DNA of 55,636 nt from Octopus sinensis (GCF_006345805.1 NW_021831924.1:1-55636); one strand, 5' to 3'. Positions 24,104 to 38,077 are shown, numbered from the stretch's first letter. Numbers and translations: made by a program. The notes: generated from the sequence alone by a model not told the origin.

Positions 24104-25124
24104 TACGACGGGGTACCCAAAAGTAGCCAGAAACGTTCAGTGTGGAACGAGTCGGTTGTAGTTGAGGCTTTCACCGCCAGAAGCCACTTGATGCGACACT
24201 CAGGTATCAGTCTGCCTGCCGACCGGCGTCAATGGCTGCAGACGTAATGCCACGCGGTGCATCTTTGTTTTTCAGTGCTTCTTCCTTGTTCGTCGATTTT
24301 TGCGATGGCTTAAACGAAGGAACGGTGTGCTTCCATGAAATTCTGTTTTACACACTTTAGGAATGGTTACTTATCACTTGAAGACCAAACCCTTTCATGG
24401 CGACCGGTAACCTTCCGAAACGAATGAAAACGTCATGAAAATGCAGGAGCTGATTTTGGAAATCCATCGTCGAACAATTGACGAACATGTTGAGATGTCT
24501 GGCGTGTCCTGGAGCTCTGGCCAACGAATTTGAGTGAGGAATTGCGAATGAAAGGAGTTGCAACAAAAGTTGTGCCTCCTGGCTCACGGAAGATGAAAAG
24601 CAGTCTCGACTGAATGTGTGTCATGAACCTAAATAGCAGCTGAAAGTTGATCCAAAGCTGGTGTTACGGGTAGGTCCGAAAACGAAGCAGCAATCAAGTC
24701 AATGGAAGCAATCAATGTCACCACGCCCTCAAAAAGTGTTCAAGTGAAGTTCATTGGCAAGACGATGCTGATTTGTTTCATCGATGCGAAAGGAAAAATG
24801 GCATGACTCCGCTTACTCACCTTCCCTATTCACTCGATCTTACTCTCTGCAACATTTGTTTTGTTTTCCCGAATGAAAAAAGTACTTAAAGGAAAACGTT
24901 TTGCATATGTGGAAGAGGTGAAGGAAAAAAACGACGGAGGCGTTAAAAGACATCACTTTGCATGAGTTCCAGGACTGCTTCGAACACTAGAAAATGCGTC
25001 TGGACCGATGCATTCCTTCAAATGGAGAATATTTTGAAGGCGATAAAAATATAAACATGTAAAAGTGAGTGAATAAAATGATATTGCAAACTTCCGGTTT
25101 CTTTTGGGTATACGCACAAACGTA
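24104..25124 (+). mobile_element. Mariner transposon remnant, internally deleted
   Basis: Degenerate TIRs TACGACGGGGTACCCAAAAGTAGCCAGAA / TTCCGGTTTCTTTTGGGTATAC...CGTA. Translation gives KFCF..., RRTIDE...SGVSWSS.QRI, ETKQQSSQWK, KTMLICFIDAKG, HLPYSLDL (YSPDL motif), KVLKGKRF...EYFEGDK. Confidence 0.85.
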
Positions 25125-25539
25125 TATATATATAATATAATATAATATAACATAATATAATATAATATAATATAAAATAATATATATATATATAATATAA
25201 TATAATATAATATAATATAATTATAATAATATGATATATATATATATGTATGTATAATATAATATTTAAGACGGATGATGATGATGTGTGTGTGTGTGTG
25301 TGTGTGTATGTGACCGCCCATTAAGTTGATCCCACATCAAATCGATATTTTTCATCCGATTTCGTTCACGCTTGGAAAATACATCACTTATGTTCCACAG
25401 ATGGTTCTACACTCTTTAGACTTTTCACTTATGGAGTAATATGGAGTAATGGGGCTTTTAGAGAAAGGTGATTCCTTGCGAAGTAACATTCAGTAATTGA
25501 TTGTCTCCCTTACATTTGTATCCCCCGCTACACCTTTTT

Positions 25540-28444
25540 GGTTGACAATCGGTGGATCGTACCTCAACATCAACGTAGAATTCTATAATTCTGTCAACTC
25601 CACACGTTACGTATACAAGTACGTTATCAAAGGATCGGACAGAGCCATTTTTGCAAATAAAATCTACACGTTCAACAGATTTTACAAATGAAGTGACACT
25701 CTTCGAAACTGGACGCTACATATCCACTAATGAAGCCATATGGAGTACCTTAGGATTCCCAATTCACGAACGATACCCTCCTATGATTCACCGCAGCGTT
25801 CATTTGGAAAATATGCAGCGAATTTACTTCACAGAAGACAACCTCATTCATTAAGCAACTGCCCCGCCAATAACCACTCTCATGGCCTTCTTTCCCTTAT
25901 GCAAAGTCGACTCCTTGGCAAAGTCTACTTTGTACGCGGAAGTACCGTCTTATTATACATTAAATCAATTATTTTCCCAGTAGCAACGACGAAAACAAGG
26001 CTGGCATACGCAGTTGGATCCAGCCATGTACAAAGGCGATACAATCGGACGCGTCTACACATTTCACCCCTTGAATTTCGAATGCTTTCATTAGCTGCTC
26101 TTACTTCATGTCATTAAGGGACAAACCTCCTTCGATGAACTTCGCACAGTGGACGACCCCTTGTTTGGCACTTTCCAAGATGCCTGCTCCAAAAGGGGAG
26201 TTTTGGATACAGATGATCTATATTATAATGCATTCGAAAACGCCTCTCTGTGTTGTTCTCCGCACAAGCTCCGACACCTTTTTGCAATAATGCTGGTTTT
26301 CTACAACCTGATAGACGCACATTCTCTTTGGAATAAATACAAAGAGTCAATGTGCCATGACATTTTGCTGCATACTCGCCAAATCACAGGTAGCGTTGAC
26401 GCTCTCATTATCCCTGCCATTTACAACAGAGGGCTTCTTCTCTTGGAAAACTTGGTTATGACAATTGGAGTTCAAGAATTAGACGCTTATTCCCACAACA
26501 GCCCAGACAGAAATGAAGACACCTGTCGCAAACTCAAACAGTACACTGCAGACAACGAGGCTCTTCTGAATTTCGATCAAGCTGACGTTTACAATTTTGT
26601 CCTCGAAAACATCTACACACACACACTGGCGGAGTCATCTTCTTAGACGCACCCGGTGGAACTGGAAAAACATTCATCCTGAATTTTCTTCTTGCGAAGT
26701 TGCGGCTTAATGGTGCCACCTCAGCCAATAATCTCAACTCTTCTCGACGGCGGAGAAACAGCTCACACTACCTTCAAATTGCCATTTAATGTAGCACAGC
26801 AAGAAACCCAACGTGCCACATAATGCATTCCTCGGAAGAAGCGACAACATTGAAAAAAATGCTAACCCATTGTTTGGGATGATGCAATTATGTCCCATAA
26901 ATGTTCCCTACAAGCACTTCATGAGAGACCTTAGATCGAAAACAACATCCTTGGAGGTGCGACTCTACTTCTTGCCTATTATATCCAAAAGAACACCTGC
27001 TGAGGAACTTAATACCTGCCTTAAAAAATCCCTCCTTTAGTCGTATGTCCAATCGAAACAACTCACCATCAACATAAGATCACTCATACAGACTGGTCAG
27101 CCTACAACACAGTTTTCGGAAATACTCTTTAAAATCGGCAATGGACAAATTACGTCCGACGACAACGGATACATTGACATTACCAGCATTGGCCACACTG
27201 TCTCCAGCCCTGATGACTAATGTCCTGCCGTTTACCCAAATCTTACTACGGAATATATAAAACCGGAATGGCTTCGCGACAGGGCTGTTCTTGCACCTAC
27301 AAAGGCAGCTGTCAACACTCTTAACCACGACTTAGTCAGCTACTTTCTCAAAAACGTTACAGATCAGTTGACACCGTTACCGACATCGATTAGGTTACAC
27401 CCTATCCAAGAGAATTTCTCAACTCCTAAGATCCCCAAAGACTTCTTCCCCATAAACTTCACTTAAAAGTTGGTTGCCCTGTTAATCTAGACGCACCCAC
27501 ATTATGCAATGGAACTCACCTTGTGGTCAAGCAAAAGATGGACCACATCACTGAAGCCCAAATTATCACAGGACACGGCAAAAACGATATCGTTTTCATT
27601 CCGAAAATTCCGCTAAACCCAGCGGACTGCTCCTACCCTATGCAAAAACTTCAGTTCCCTCTCAAACTCAGTTTCGCCATGACAGACTTCCTGCAAGCAC
27701 AAGGTGAGCCGCTGAAAGTTGTTGGATTGGACCTTCGAACGTCGTGCTTTTCCCGTGGACAGTTCTACGTCGGTTGTTCCAGATTTGACCATCCAGACAA
27801 CTTACTCATCTATGCTCCTGAAGGAAAAACCAAAAATGCCCTCTACAAAGCAACCCTACAGCAATTATTCCTCTACTGCAATCTTCACATCTATGCCAAA
27901 CTGTAGCCCTTAGCAATCAGACTTCCTGCAAGCATTTCATTGATATTTTAGTTCTTTTCCCTAATTGCTATTAACAGTACATTACCTTCAATGACCCTTC
28001 TTATTTCACACACGCTGTTCATTCATAAGCATGCTCTGATATTTATTTTTGTACATGCCATTATTCTATTTGCGTATTTGCTATACATGTTTGCGTTTCT
28101 TTATCATACATGGCTTTCATTGAAAAAAAAAAAGCTTCAAGCGATTGGGTCAGGTATTACAAGAAAAATAAGTACACGATACAAAATGCTTCAACTAAGA
28201 TATTGGATCCTTAATACATACAGCAACTACATTCTCATTTCATGGACATTCAAATTTGTGTTCAAGCATATTTATTCATTACCTAAGTTTCTTAATACCA
28301 TATCATAAACAGTTAAGGAAAATGGTAATTTATGTTTATCAACTTGAAACGACTTCTAACTGTGGGCTAATTCAACTGAAACCATCCACGGGAGAGCACC
28401 TTTATAATAAATTACACCGTCCAAAGGACGGGTGCACTTGCTAG
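25540..28444 (+). mobile_element. Decayed autonomous Helitron (Rep C-terminal part plus Pif1-like helicase) with intact 3' terminus
   Basis: DNRWIVP/INVEFYNSV...YVYKYVIKGSD, GRYISTNEAIW..LGFPIHERYP..VHLENMQRIYF, FFLDAPGGTGKTF, HKLHLKVGCP, LCNGTHL, QFPLKLSFAMT, GLDL..SCFSRGQFYVGCSR. 3' hairpin CCGTCC-AAA-GGACGG (28417-28431), then CTAG (28441-28444) followed by T. Confidence 0.9.
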
Positions 28445-28470
<26 letters not shown>

Positions 28471-28476
<6 letters not shown>

Positions 28477-28776
28477 CACCGTCACCGTGACCGACTATCA
28501 GATGTTGCTACACATCCCTGGTCACAATGCGCTTCGCATTGTTTTAGTCTTCAAATGACGCCACCCCGCCGGCTAAGCGAGCAGGCCAACAGAAGAAAGA
28601 GTTAGAGAAAGTTGTGGCGAAAGAGTACAGCAGGGATCGCCACCACTCGATGCCGGAGCCACGTGGAGCTTTTAGGTGTTTTCGCTCCATAAACACTCAC
28701 AACGCTCGGTCTGGGAATCGAAACCGCGATCCTACGACCGCGAGTCCGCTGCCCTAACCACTGGGCCATTGCGCCT

Positions 28777-28778
<2 letters not shown>
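28471..28778 (-). mobile_element. tRNA(Arg-like)-headed SINE (OR1-like)
   Basis: Reverse complement of GGAGGCGCAATGGCCCAGTGGTTAGGGCAGCGGACTCGCGGTCGTAGGATCGCGGTTTCGATTCCCAG... with A and B boxes and a GGTGAC-repeat tail. Confidence 0.85.
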
Positions 28779-28814
<36 letters not shown>

Positions 28815-29224
28815 GCGTGTACGAGTGTATATGTGTCTATATGAATATATACATGTGTGTGTGTGTGTGTTTGCATGTACACATGTTTGCGCGTGAATAT
28901 GTGTGCGTGGACTTTTCCTTCTAAAATGCTTTGATTGCAGTCAACGATTGCTCTTAATGCACGGTGTTTCTCTTTCGACATTTTATTCTTCTTTTTTTAT
29001 TAATCATTTAACCAAAAACCTTGATAAAGATTCCATTAAAGGTGGGGTGGGTGTGTGCCCTAAACATGGATTTGACCGCCCGAATCGCATCTCAATCAAT
29101 CAAATAACAACCACAGCGTTTAAGTCTTCCGAATCCACTCACAACGCTTTGGTCAGCCCGAAGCTATCCTTGGAGAAACTGACCCAAGATATCACACAGT
29201 GGACAAAGGAAAGAAATGACACTC

Positions 29225-29273
<49 letters not shown>

Positions 29274-29379
29274 ACACACACACGCATACATACACACGCA
29301 CGCACAGACACACACACATACATACACACGCCGCACGCACAAATACATTATTATTTAAAACCTTTTTGATTTAGCCTCA

Positions 29380-29480
29380 TGCGACTTAAAGTTTCGCGGG
29401 CTTCTAACGGAAACCCATTTCTTTCAGGCTTAGATTACCGGGCGGTTTTTTGTTAGAGGACCGCGAAACTTTATGTCGCA
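29380..29480. repeat. Short inverted repeat, MITE-like relic
   Basis: 29-bp arms (29380-29408, 29452-29480) with 3 mismatches, 43-bp spacer. Confidence 0.6.
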
Positions 29481-29503
29481 GAGAGCCGAATAAAACCGAG
29501 TTA

Positions 29504-29534
<31 letters not shown>

Positions 29535-30330
29535 GCTCTGACGCAGTACCAGGCAGTGACTCTCATGGCTTCTGGTATAAAAGATGGTCTACCGCAAATA
29601 TTCTGTTCAATACCACAAATTTACTTGTCAGTTGTTTGACCATAGCCATGTCCCTTAGTGGCTGACGATATGTACATCTCTGCTCACAAGCAGAAGTAGT
29701 GGGGAAGCATCATAGCCATGTGTTGAAAGGAATTCTTTGGGGGTTTGGACAACTCACGTCTGGAAACATGGGTGTTTCGTTCGTCATCCTTAAGCAAACC
29801 TTGTTCGGGTACCTTCTGAGCAGGAAAGTCTATTCGACCTGAAGAAAATTCTATCTGGGCTCCACCTGCAAGGTCATGTGCTGTTTATCTTGATATGAGC
29901 TCACCATGTCGCGCACATATGGTTGTGATGCATGTGTCTGGTACACCCTTATCACACGGGTAATCATGGTGGGTATATTTGATGGCGTGCACTGCTTTCT
30001 CACTCAATAATCACAATGAAAACTACTACTAATATTAATAATAATGATAATAATAATATATATATATATATACCCATGAAAATTATGGTTGTGTAGGTTT
30101 ATACTCAGCACACTTTATTTTTGCATATTCCCTAGACAGTGACAGTAAATTGAGGAGGGTGCAGTGTTTGAGGTGTCTAGACAGCAAGGGACTAAGGAAT
30201 GGATCTGATCATCAATTTTTGTAAAAGAGGAGTGTGTGTGTGTTCCTGTGTGTTTGTGCATGTTTTGTGTATGTGTGTGTGTGTGTTGTGTGTGTGTGTC
30301 TATGAGACATATATGTATATATGTACATGT

Positions 30331-30363
<33 letters not shown>

Positions 30364-30369
30364 TATATG

Positions 30370-30452
<83 letters not shown>

Positions 30453-30876
30453 CGCACACACATACACATATATAAATACATACAGACAGACATGCATGCA
30501 CACACACATGCATAAATTGTGGAAGAAAGTGAGAGGGAGAGACAGAGAGAGAAAGGGTGTGTGTGTGTGTGTCGGTGGGAAACAAATAAAGCTGTTAGCT
30601 GAATCTTGAAGAGTAAAAGACGTGATTAGATAAACAAAAGAAACGCAAAGACAAACACACAAAACAAATATATATGTGTGTGTGTGTGAGTGTGTATACC
30701 ACATCCCTAACATCCTTACATGTCATCATCATCATCAGCACGAAGAACAACAACACCTATAATATCGTGAATGAAATAAGAAAAAGGGCCAAAAAAATAT
30801 AAACCCAGAAAAAAAATCTTGTAATATATTTAAAAAGTCAGTAACAAAAACCAGAAAACCCAAACCACAAAAACAT

Positions 30877-30877
<1 letters not shown>

Positions 30878-30961
<84 letters not shown>

Positions 30962-30995
30962 ACTGCTGCCCCCCTCCTACAGCTGCTGCTGCTGT

Positions 30996-31027
<32 letters not shown>

Positions 31028-31045
31028 GTACTTCCACTACTACTA
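30878..31045. repeat. (ACT)n/(GCT)n microsatellite
   Basis: Direct reading. Confidence 0.9.
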
Positions 31046-31474
31046 ACTGCAACAGTCCCCTCTTCACCTTTTATTCTCTATGAAGTTGATTAGCAGCAAA
31101 AAAAAAAACGTGAAACAGAAGAAAAAGCGAAAGAAAAATTGAAGGAGAATCAACAAGAAAAAAACAAAACAAAAACAAAGGAAAAAACAGTATGACAAAC
31201 AACAGTAAAAAAAAGTATAATTTCCCTCCTACCCCAAGAAAAACAGCTTCAGGATTCTGTCAATGAAATCACTACTAACTACTACTACTACTACTACTAG
31301 ATTTGTATAATTGTTTATTAATCCACGGTCGCTTATCAACGAATGTCATGGAAGAAAGGAAAGAAAGAAAGCAACAAGCAAACAAACATGTCGGACAAAT
31401 AAAGCATTAGACTGGAATAACAACAAGAACAACAAGAAGAACATTATATTAATAAAAATGAAAACAATTCTTGC

Positions 31475-31563
<89 letters not shown>

Positions 31564-32419
31564 GTACAACAACGACAACAACAATAGAAACAGCAACCAC
31601 CACAATAATGGCAACAACAATAACGACGACAACGAGAGTAAGAAAAGGTTGTGAGATAATGAAAGTGAAAGTAGAATGAAAGGTAGAGGAAGAAGAACAA
31701 CAACAACATAAAAGACCTACCAAAAGAAAAAGGGCATGAGAATAACAAAAAATAAATAAACGTTAGGGAGGAAGAAAACATCACTAGTTTCTCATCACCT
31801 CTTACCCTCACTCTTTCACTCCTCTTCCTCAACCCTCGGGAAGTTATTAAGAAAATGTGTGCGTACGTAATTAATACATACACACACACAGACATATGTG
31901 TGTATGTCTATGTATATATGTTTATATGTATATTTATGTATATATTAATGAAACTAGACATGTGTAACCCTCCCCCTCCCCATAGAAAAACTAAAAAAGA
32001 AACGAGCATATTAATGTAAACGACGTATTTACAAGAGTTTGAGAAATGTCATTTCTTTTGATGTATTAGCGAGAAGGTAATAAAGGTAATGATGATGATG
32101 GTAATGATGATGATGATGATAGCAATAATGATAAATAAATAGAAAAATAGTAATTATTGTTCATGTTGTTGTTCTTCTTGTCGTCGTCGTTGTTGTTATT
32201 GTTGTCTAACACAGTAACTTCGTTGGAAAATGTAACGAAGTGTCAGTTGTCCACCACTAGTGGACAGAGGTAACACTCTTCATTCAAATTTCGAGAACTC
32301 TGCAGAGATTTGTTTGTGAGCTTCGTACTTATTGTACTCAAGCCTCCCACGGCTGCAGATAATTGTATAAAATCCGTAGCTGGCGACTGGAGGGGTTGGC
32401 TGTGCTCTCAACCAGTATT

Positions 32420-32860
32420 CTACTGTGGGTGCCGCTGGATGACGGACTCTGGTGATGATACTATTCCACGTTTTCCGATCCCTGGCTCTGGTCTTAGCAT
32501 GCTTGAGGTCGAAGTGTTGCGACTTCATGTCTTCTTCAAATCGTTTCGTCCATGTCTTCTTTGGTGTGCTGTGCAGGATTCTCCAGGGCGTGGGTTGCTG
32601 CCACCACAAAAGTTAGTGTGATAGCCTTTCGGTGCTAATCCTGCAGACGTGGTCAAAACACTGTAGCCTGTACTGCCGGACTTGGTATTCAGTGGTCGGT
32701 TGCTGCTGGCATTGTTCTCGAATGTTGTTTGAGATTCGGTCGTGTAAAGAGACATCAAGGATCTGATAAAGTCACGGCATTTGGAACACCTCGAATTTGT
32801 TCAGGTCTTGTTTGGCATTCAGACTGAGCAGGTCTGGGAGTTCATATATCTTGGTCCACT
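32420..32860 (-). mobile_element. RTE-clade LINE 3' fragment
   Basis: ...DRISNNIREQCQQQP...FDHVCRI...PKKTWTKRFEEDMK...KTRARDRKTWNSII, the typical RTE C-terminus. Confidence 0.7.
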
Positions 32861-32959
32861 GGTTACGGAGAAGAAAGTGGTGTCAACAGTAGTGATCAAC
32901 TGATGAATCGGGTCTGCGACTTCCGCGTTCGCATCCCTTCGATGGTGTGTCTGGAAGAA

Positions 32960-33845
32960 GCCCAACATCTCTCTAAGGACCAAGATCTTGTCCTCAACAG
33001 CACTAAGATAACAACAGGTAAAACATTCCAATACTCATCTTCTTCAATGACCACAGTCTTTTTATTTCCTGCTTCAAAGCATCGTGTGTGACCTACTTGT
33101 TTTCTTTTTCTGATATTTTGTCATCACCAGGGCATACAACATCTATGACTAAACAGGTTTTTTCATCTTTATTCAAGACAACTGTATCTGGCTTTTTATG
33201 TTCAACTAGCAGTATCGCCCGGCGTTGCTCAGGTTTGTAAGGGAAATAACTATAAAGCATTTTTAGAGAGTTATAGCCAAAAAAGGGGAAAAAAAATTAT
33301 GGTAAATTTTTTTTAGTTAAAAAGGTCGAGTTGCGTCCCCTAGACAGTCTGTGGTTTGTGTTTCTGATTCTCGACCCCATGTCGAATTTATCGATTTTTT
33401 TTCAGAACTGGGGGAACTTTTCAAAATGTTCGCTGCGTTAGTTTTGAATTATGACATTGGGCTATGTGTGTGTCAAGTTTCATCAGAATCGGTTGAAAGC
33501 CGTGGTCAGGGTGAGGGTACAAGCAAACAGACACACAGAAACACGCACAGACAAACTGCCGTTTATATAGAGAGAAATTTCATAATCACACTGGATCTTT
33601 ACATCCCACGGTATATTTACTTTATCATTCCAAGTTATACTGTTGGGATTTACTCTTATTAATCCTTGCTCTATTCATACATTCCACCTATTTCCCAATG
33701 AATCACTCTTGCGATTTTATCGTGCGTTCTTTTGTATTCTTTTTCCGACCAGTTTCGTGCACTCATTCACAATATGTCGTACAATCTTTCCTTTAAAGCC
33801 ACCCATCCTCCGCTTGTCACTTCTTGTGTAGAATTTTCCGAGGAA
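32960..33845 (-). mobile_element. Restriction-like-endonuclease LINE (R4/Dong-like) 3' fragment, interrupted by a Helitron
   Basis: VRHIVNECTKL..KEYKRTHDKIARVIHWEI...VNIPWDVKIQCDYEI | EHKKPDTVVLNKDEKTCLVIDVVCPGD...QEIKRLW...PVV; CCHC plus PD-D pattern. Confidence 0.75.
33206..33575 (-). mobile_element. Non-autonomous Helitron-type element (~370 bp)
   Basis: On the minus strand it begins TCTCTCTATATAAACGG and ends GCAACGCCGGGCGATACTG-CTAG followed by T. It splits the LINE codons YEI|EH at an A/T step, with two extra T. Confidence 0.7.
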
Positions 33846-35043
33846 GACAATGGAAGTGGGCTCGAGTCTCTAGCCTTCAGTCCCCACTGAAAAAATGCCC
33901 GGTCTACATACAAACACAAACATGCTCATAAACAAACACATGAATATGCAGAATACATACATATGTACACACACGCATACAGACATATATGCATACGCAC
34001 ACAAATACATACATACAAGCAAACACATACATACATACATACATACATACATACATACATAATACATACATACATACATACATATGTGTATACGCATGCA
34101 CGCTGATGCACACACGTGTACAAAGAAGAAAAAAAGAAAAAAAAAGAAACGCAGTCCCGATAACGGACATAACGATTGAAGACATTGTAAGAAGCAACGA
34201 AAATTAGAAGAAAAATAGAAAAATGAGTGGAAATTGAACCAGTGAGTGTTAAAAAGTCATCGAAACAAAATGACTCTCCCAAGATATAACAAAACTAAAT
34301 GAAAGTTCTGTGAAAAATATAAAAAGGAAAATTATTCATGGCCTATTTTTCACGTTTTGCGGTGCTTAATCTTCAATTGTCCCCTTCATTGTTCTAGGTG
34401 TAAAAAGTATGCTACACACAGAGATAAATTGTTACTATTTATGCTTATTAAGTATGTGTGTGTGTGTGTGTGTGCGTGCGCACACTTGAATGACATTATT
34501 ACATTGCTTTTATTCGTTTCATATTTACATCATCGAGTCACCAGGCTATCCGTATAAGAAAAGCTATTCGTATTTTCGTTTGTTGTGATACTTAAGTTCA
34601 ATAAATTATAGTACATATGTTTTTCTAGTTTTCCCCTAACTTTCATTAAGTTACCTGGTACTACACATAAGCCAAAGTTTGTGCGATGTTTGCTTGATTT
34701 GTAGGTTGAAATACCAGGGATCATAAATCAGTAGTTTATATGCAGACATGATACTATTGGCCAGAAGGAAACAGCTCGGTCTACACGAAAGTTGACTATC
34801 ATTTCTTCTATATATTTTTAATACAATCTAAGTAAATAACTTTAAATATTCATAAATTATAAATAAGGGCAATTTCTATTGCAGAGCATGAAATCTTAAG
34901 ATATAGAATTATCCGAAATTCTGTTAATCTTCTTGCCCATTTCGACCTAGGGTTATAAATTAGAGAACTGATTTGGAGTGGATTGTAGGTATTTGACATC
35001 TAATTTTTAGCCTTTAGGCCCTGGCATTCCACAGACCTTATTT

Positions 35044-35310
35044 ATAATTGCCTCTGCCTTAGCGAAGGTGGAGGTATTGTTTTCAGTCGTGTTTGTTTGT
35101 TTGTCCGTAGACAGGATATTACAAGAACTGCTGGATGGACTCCGATGAAACTTTCAGGGATGTTTGACCTCGTGACTGGCACGTACTGATTAAGTTTTGG
35201 GATCGATCCGGTATCGGACAAGGATTCTGGATTATTTTTCCGTTTTTTTTAAAATTAATTTTTGAGAGCAGTTGGGTTCACTTTTAGTATTCTTGTTTGT
35301 GACAGCGCGA
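35044..35310 (+). mobile_element. Possible Helentron-associated (HINE/DINE-1-like) fragment
   Basis: TTGCCTCTGCCTTAGCGAAGGTGGAGGTATTGTTTTC-(GTTT)n-...GGATGGACTCCGATGAAACTTTCAGG architecture; 3' end not found. Confidence 0.4.
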
Positions 35311-36129
35311 TATATAGGGTCGAAAGTGATGTTGTTGTTGTTGTATGACCCCAGGTCGGCCTTGATCTAGCATCAAATATCTTCCAGCCATTACAACTCA
35401 GGTACATTACTAATATATTTATCTAAGACAGCAGGATATAATTCAATGGAAATCTAGCTGCGTTTTCAGCAAGTTGAGTGACTGCATACAGTTTCTTTTG
35501 TGAGTTTAGGTGGATATGAATGGCTCAAGTTGAAAGATAAATGAGTAAATTAAAGAAAATTAATGATAGAAATAAAGTGGATCGATAAAGTGCAGACATA
35601 AATGCGTAATTCAGATTTCACTTGGCAACATTATAATTATGGTTTCGAACCCCTGCTGACTATAATCCCGGCTAAATGTTTTACTCAATTCCTGATCATT
35701 GAGAAACAACTATAGCCGGGTGTCTTACCAGCATGACCCATGTATCTCCAACGCATTGACATGAAACTCAGTAATAAACGGAATAAGTCATTAGCTAACT
35801 CTAGACTTACGCGCGCACACACACACACACACTCACGTGCGCACACAATTATACATACTCCAACCCTCTCTTTTCTTTTGATTTATCTGTTTGAAAGTAC
35901 TTTGAAATATTACATGAAAGCCACTGCTTTAAATTTCATTTCGAGCTCACGTGGGAATGGCCGAAACAACTTTTTTTTACTCATTATTGCATTAAGAATT
36001 TAAACTGCATGTGAAGAAGGCCACTTTAAAAACCGGCCTTCTCTTATGAAATTTCTTTGTTGTTAAATAAGCTTTTGAAAAGACTTCGAAATCAATCTTT
36101 TTTCAACGAACCAGGTCAAAAACTAAAGA

Positions 36130-36295
36130 GGCTGGCATGCACAAAAGACACTTAGCGCTATGCGTACATGGTGCTAATAGTTCTGTCCTTTTGTTCAGAC
36201 AGCTACTTCCTTGAAACAAAATACTTAATTTTTGGTTCAAATATTCCACTGCATTTTTGATTTGAAGCTGCCATTCCTGTAGGGTTATACCTTAT
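36130..36295 (-). mobile_element. PLE GIY-YIG C-terminal fragment
   Basis: YNPT... followed by KLSILFQGSSCLNKRTELLAPCTH..KCLL, matching LNKRSELxxxCxH. Confidence 0.5.
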
Positions 36296-37009
36296 CTATA
36301 ATTGACCCGGTAATTTTAAAATTTGTATGCATACATGTTCATATGCATACCTGTATATGTGTGTATTTGCGTATGGTTAGTCAGAAAATATGTCAATACC
36401 ATAAGTTTCACGTCATGTGCACATACACACACACACACGCACGCACGCACACACACGTGCATGAACTCCCCGCACAAAGTAGTAACACGTTTTACAGTCT
36501 ATAAATTCTCGTTTCTGCCTAAGATTGTAAAGTAACGTCCTGTGTTTTGACTAACCATACAAACATCGATGAATAACTCATAGTCTCTCTTTGGTAGTGA
36601 ATTAATTACAACAACGCGCGCGCGCGCGTGTGTGTGTGTGTGTGTGTATGGGTGTGTTTGCTCGAATATATATGTGTATATGTATGTGTGTGCATGTTTT
36701 TGTAAGTGCCTGTTAGTCTGGGTGGTGGTTAAAGTAAAAGTTTAGTAAGTAAAATCCTACAAAGGATTATTGAACTGTGGCTAACTTGGTGAAAATTTTG
36801 AAGGAAATTAGGGAAATGTAATTACACTTAGACTATAACAAGAACAACATACAGAACATATACTACACACACACACATAGACATATATTTACAGACACAC
36901 ACTTATGCAGAAGCAATATGTAAACTTTACTGTTTGACACGAGGAAATATAGCCAGGGGATAAAACTTGAAACGTCTTTATGAAACAAGCGTAAAATTAA
37001 ATTTTAAAA

Positions 37010-38044
37010 AAGTGTTTTGTTGTTGTTTTCATTGTTGTTGTTGCGGTGTTTTTTTGTTGATGTTTTTGTGGAAGTGGTGAGTGGTGGTGACGGTGTTTGC
37101 GATGGTTTTGTTTTTGCTGCGCTGCTGTCAGTTGTTACAATTATTGTTTCGTTGTTGTCGGTGTTTTCGTTGTTGTTGATGTTAACATTGCTGTGGTGGC
37201 CGTCGTCGTTGTTGTTGTCGTTATTGTTATTGTTGTTGTTATGATTGTTGCTGTTGTTGTTGTTGGTGGTGTTGGTGACGTTGATGCAGGGTTTTTGTTT
37301 CGTTGCTTTTGTTCTTGGAGTTTGTTGTGAATATTCCTGCAAAGTCCCTATCGTTCTTTCATTGTTGTTGGTCTTTTCCAATTGTTATTTTCATTATTTT
37401 CTGTTGCAGCAATTGCTGCAAACGTTGTTGTTGCACTTGCAGCTGCTGTTGCTGCTATTAGTGCAGTTATTGCTGCAATCCTTGATGTCATCTTTGTCGT
37501 TGTTGTTATATTTCCAGTTGTTGTTGTTATTTCAATCCTTCCTGCAGTTGTTTTATATTGTCGAAATTATAGTTGTTGTTGTTGATGATGTTGCTGCTGT
37601 TGGTGGTGTTGAGTTGGTTGCTTTTGTTTTTATTGTTGTTGCTGTTGTTGTTATTGTTGTTGATGTTGCTGCTATTGCTGTAAATCATATTGTATTTGTT
37701 GTATGTTTTGTAGTTGTTGCTGTCGTTATTTTGTTTGTTGTTGTTATTTTTGTTGTTGATGGTGGAGGTTTTGTTATTCGTTTTATTACTTTTGTTGCTA
37801 TTCTTGTCTGTTTTGTTGTTATTGTTGTTCCTTGTTTTTTTTTGCTTTCATATTTAAAAAAAAAGTTATGTTTAATTACAAATTAATAATTATAAAGTGT
37901 TTTAATATTATTTACCTGGATTCTCAAATGACTTGTACATATTATTAATCTCCTAATAATAATGATAATAATAATAATAATAATAAAATAATAATAATAA
38001 TAATAATGATAATAATAATAATGATGATGATGATGATGATGATG

Positions 38045-38077
<33 letters not shown>

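Noticed and set aside
28705-28778. tRNA gene (also 43865-43937 and 53363-53435)
   Set aside because: These are tRNA-like heads attached to SINE bodies, with no complete acceptor stem.
36020-36060. GAAGGCC/GGCCTTC hairpin downstream of a PLE fragment as an HHR helix II
   Set aside because: The flanking core sequences are absent.
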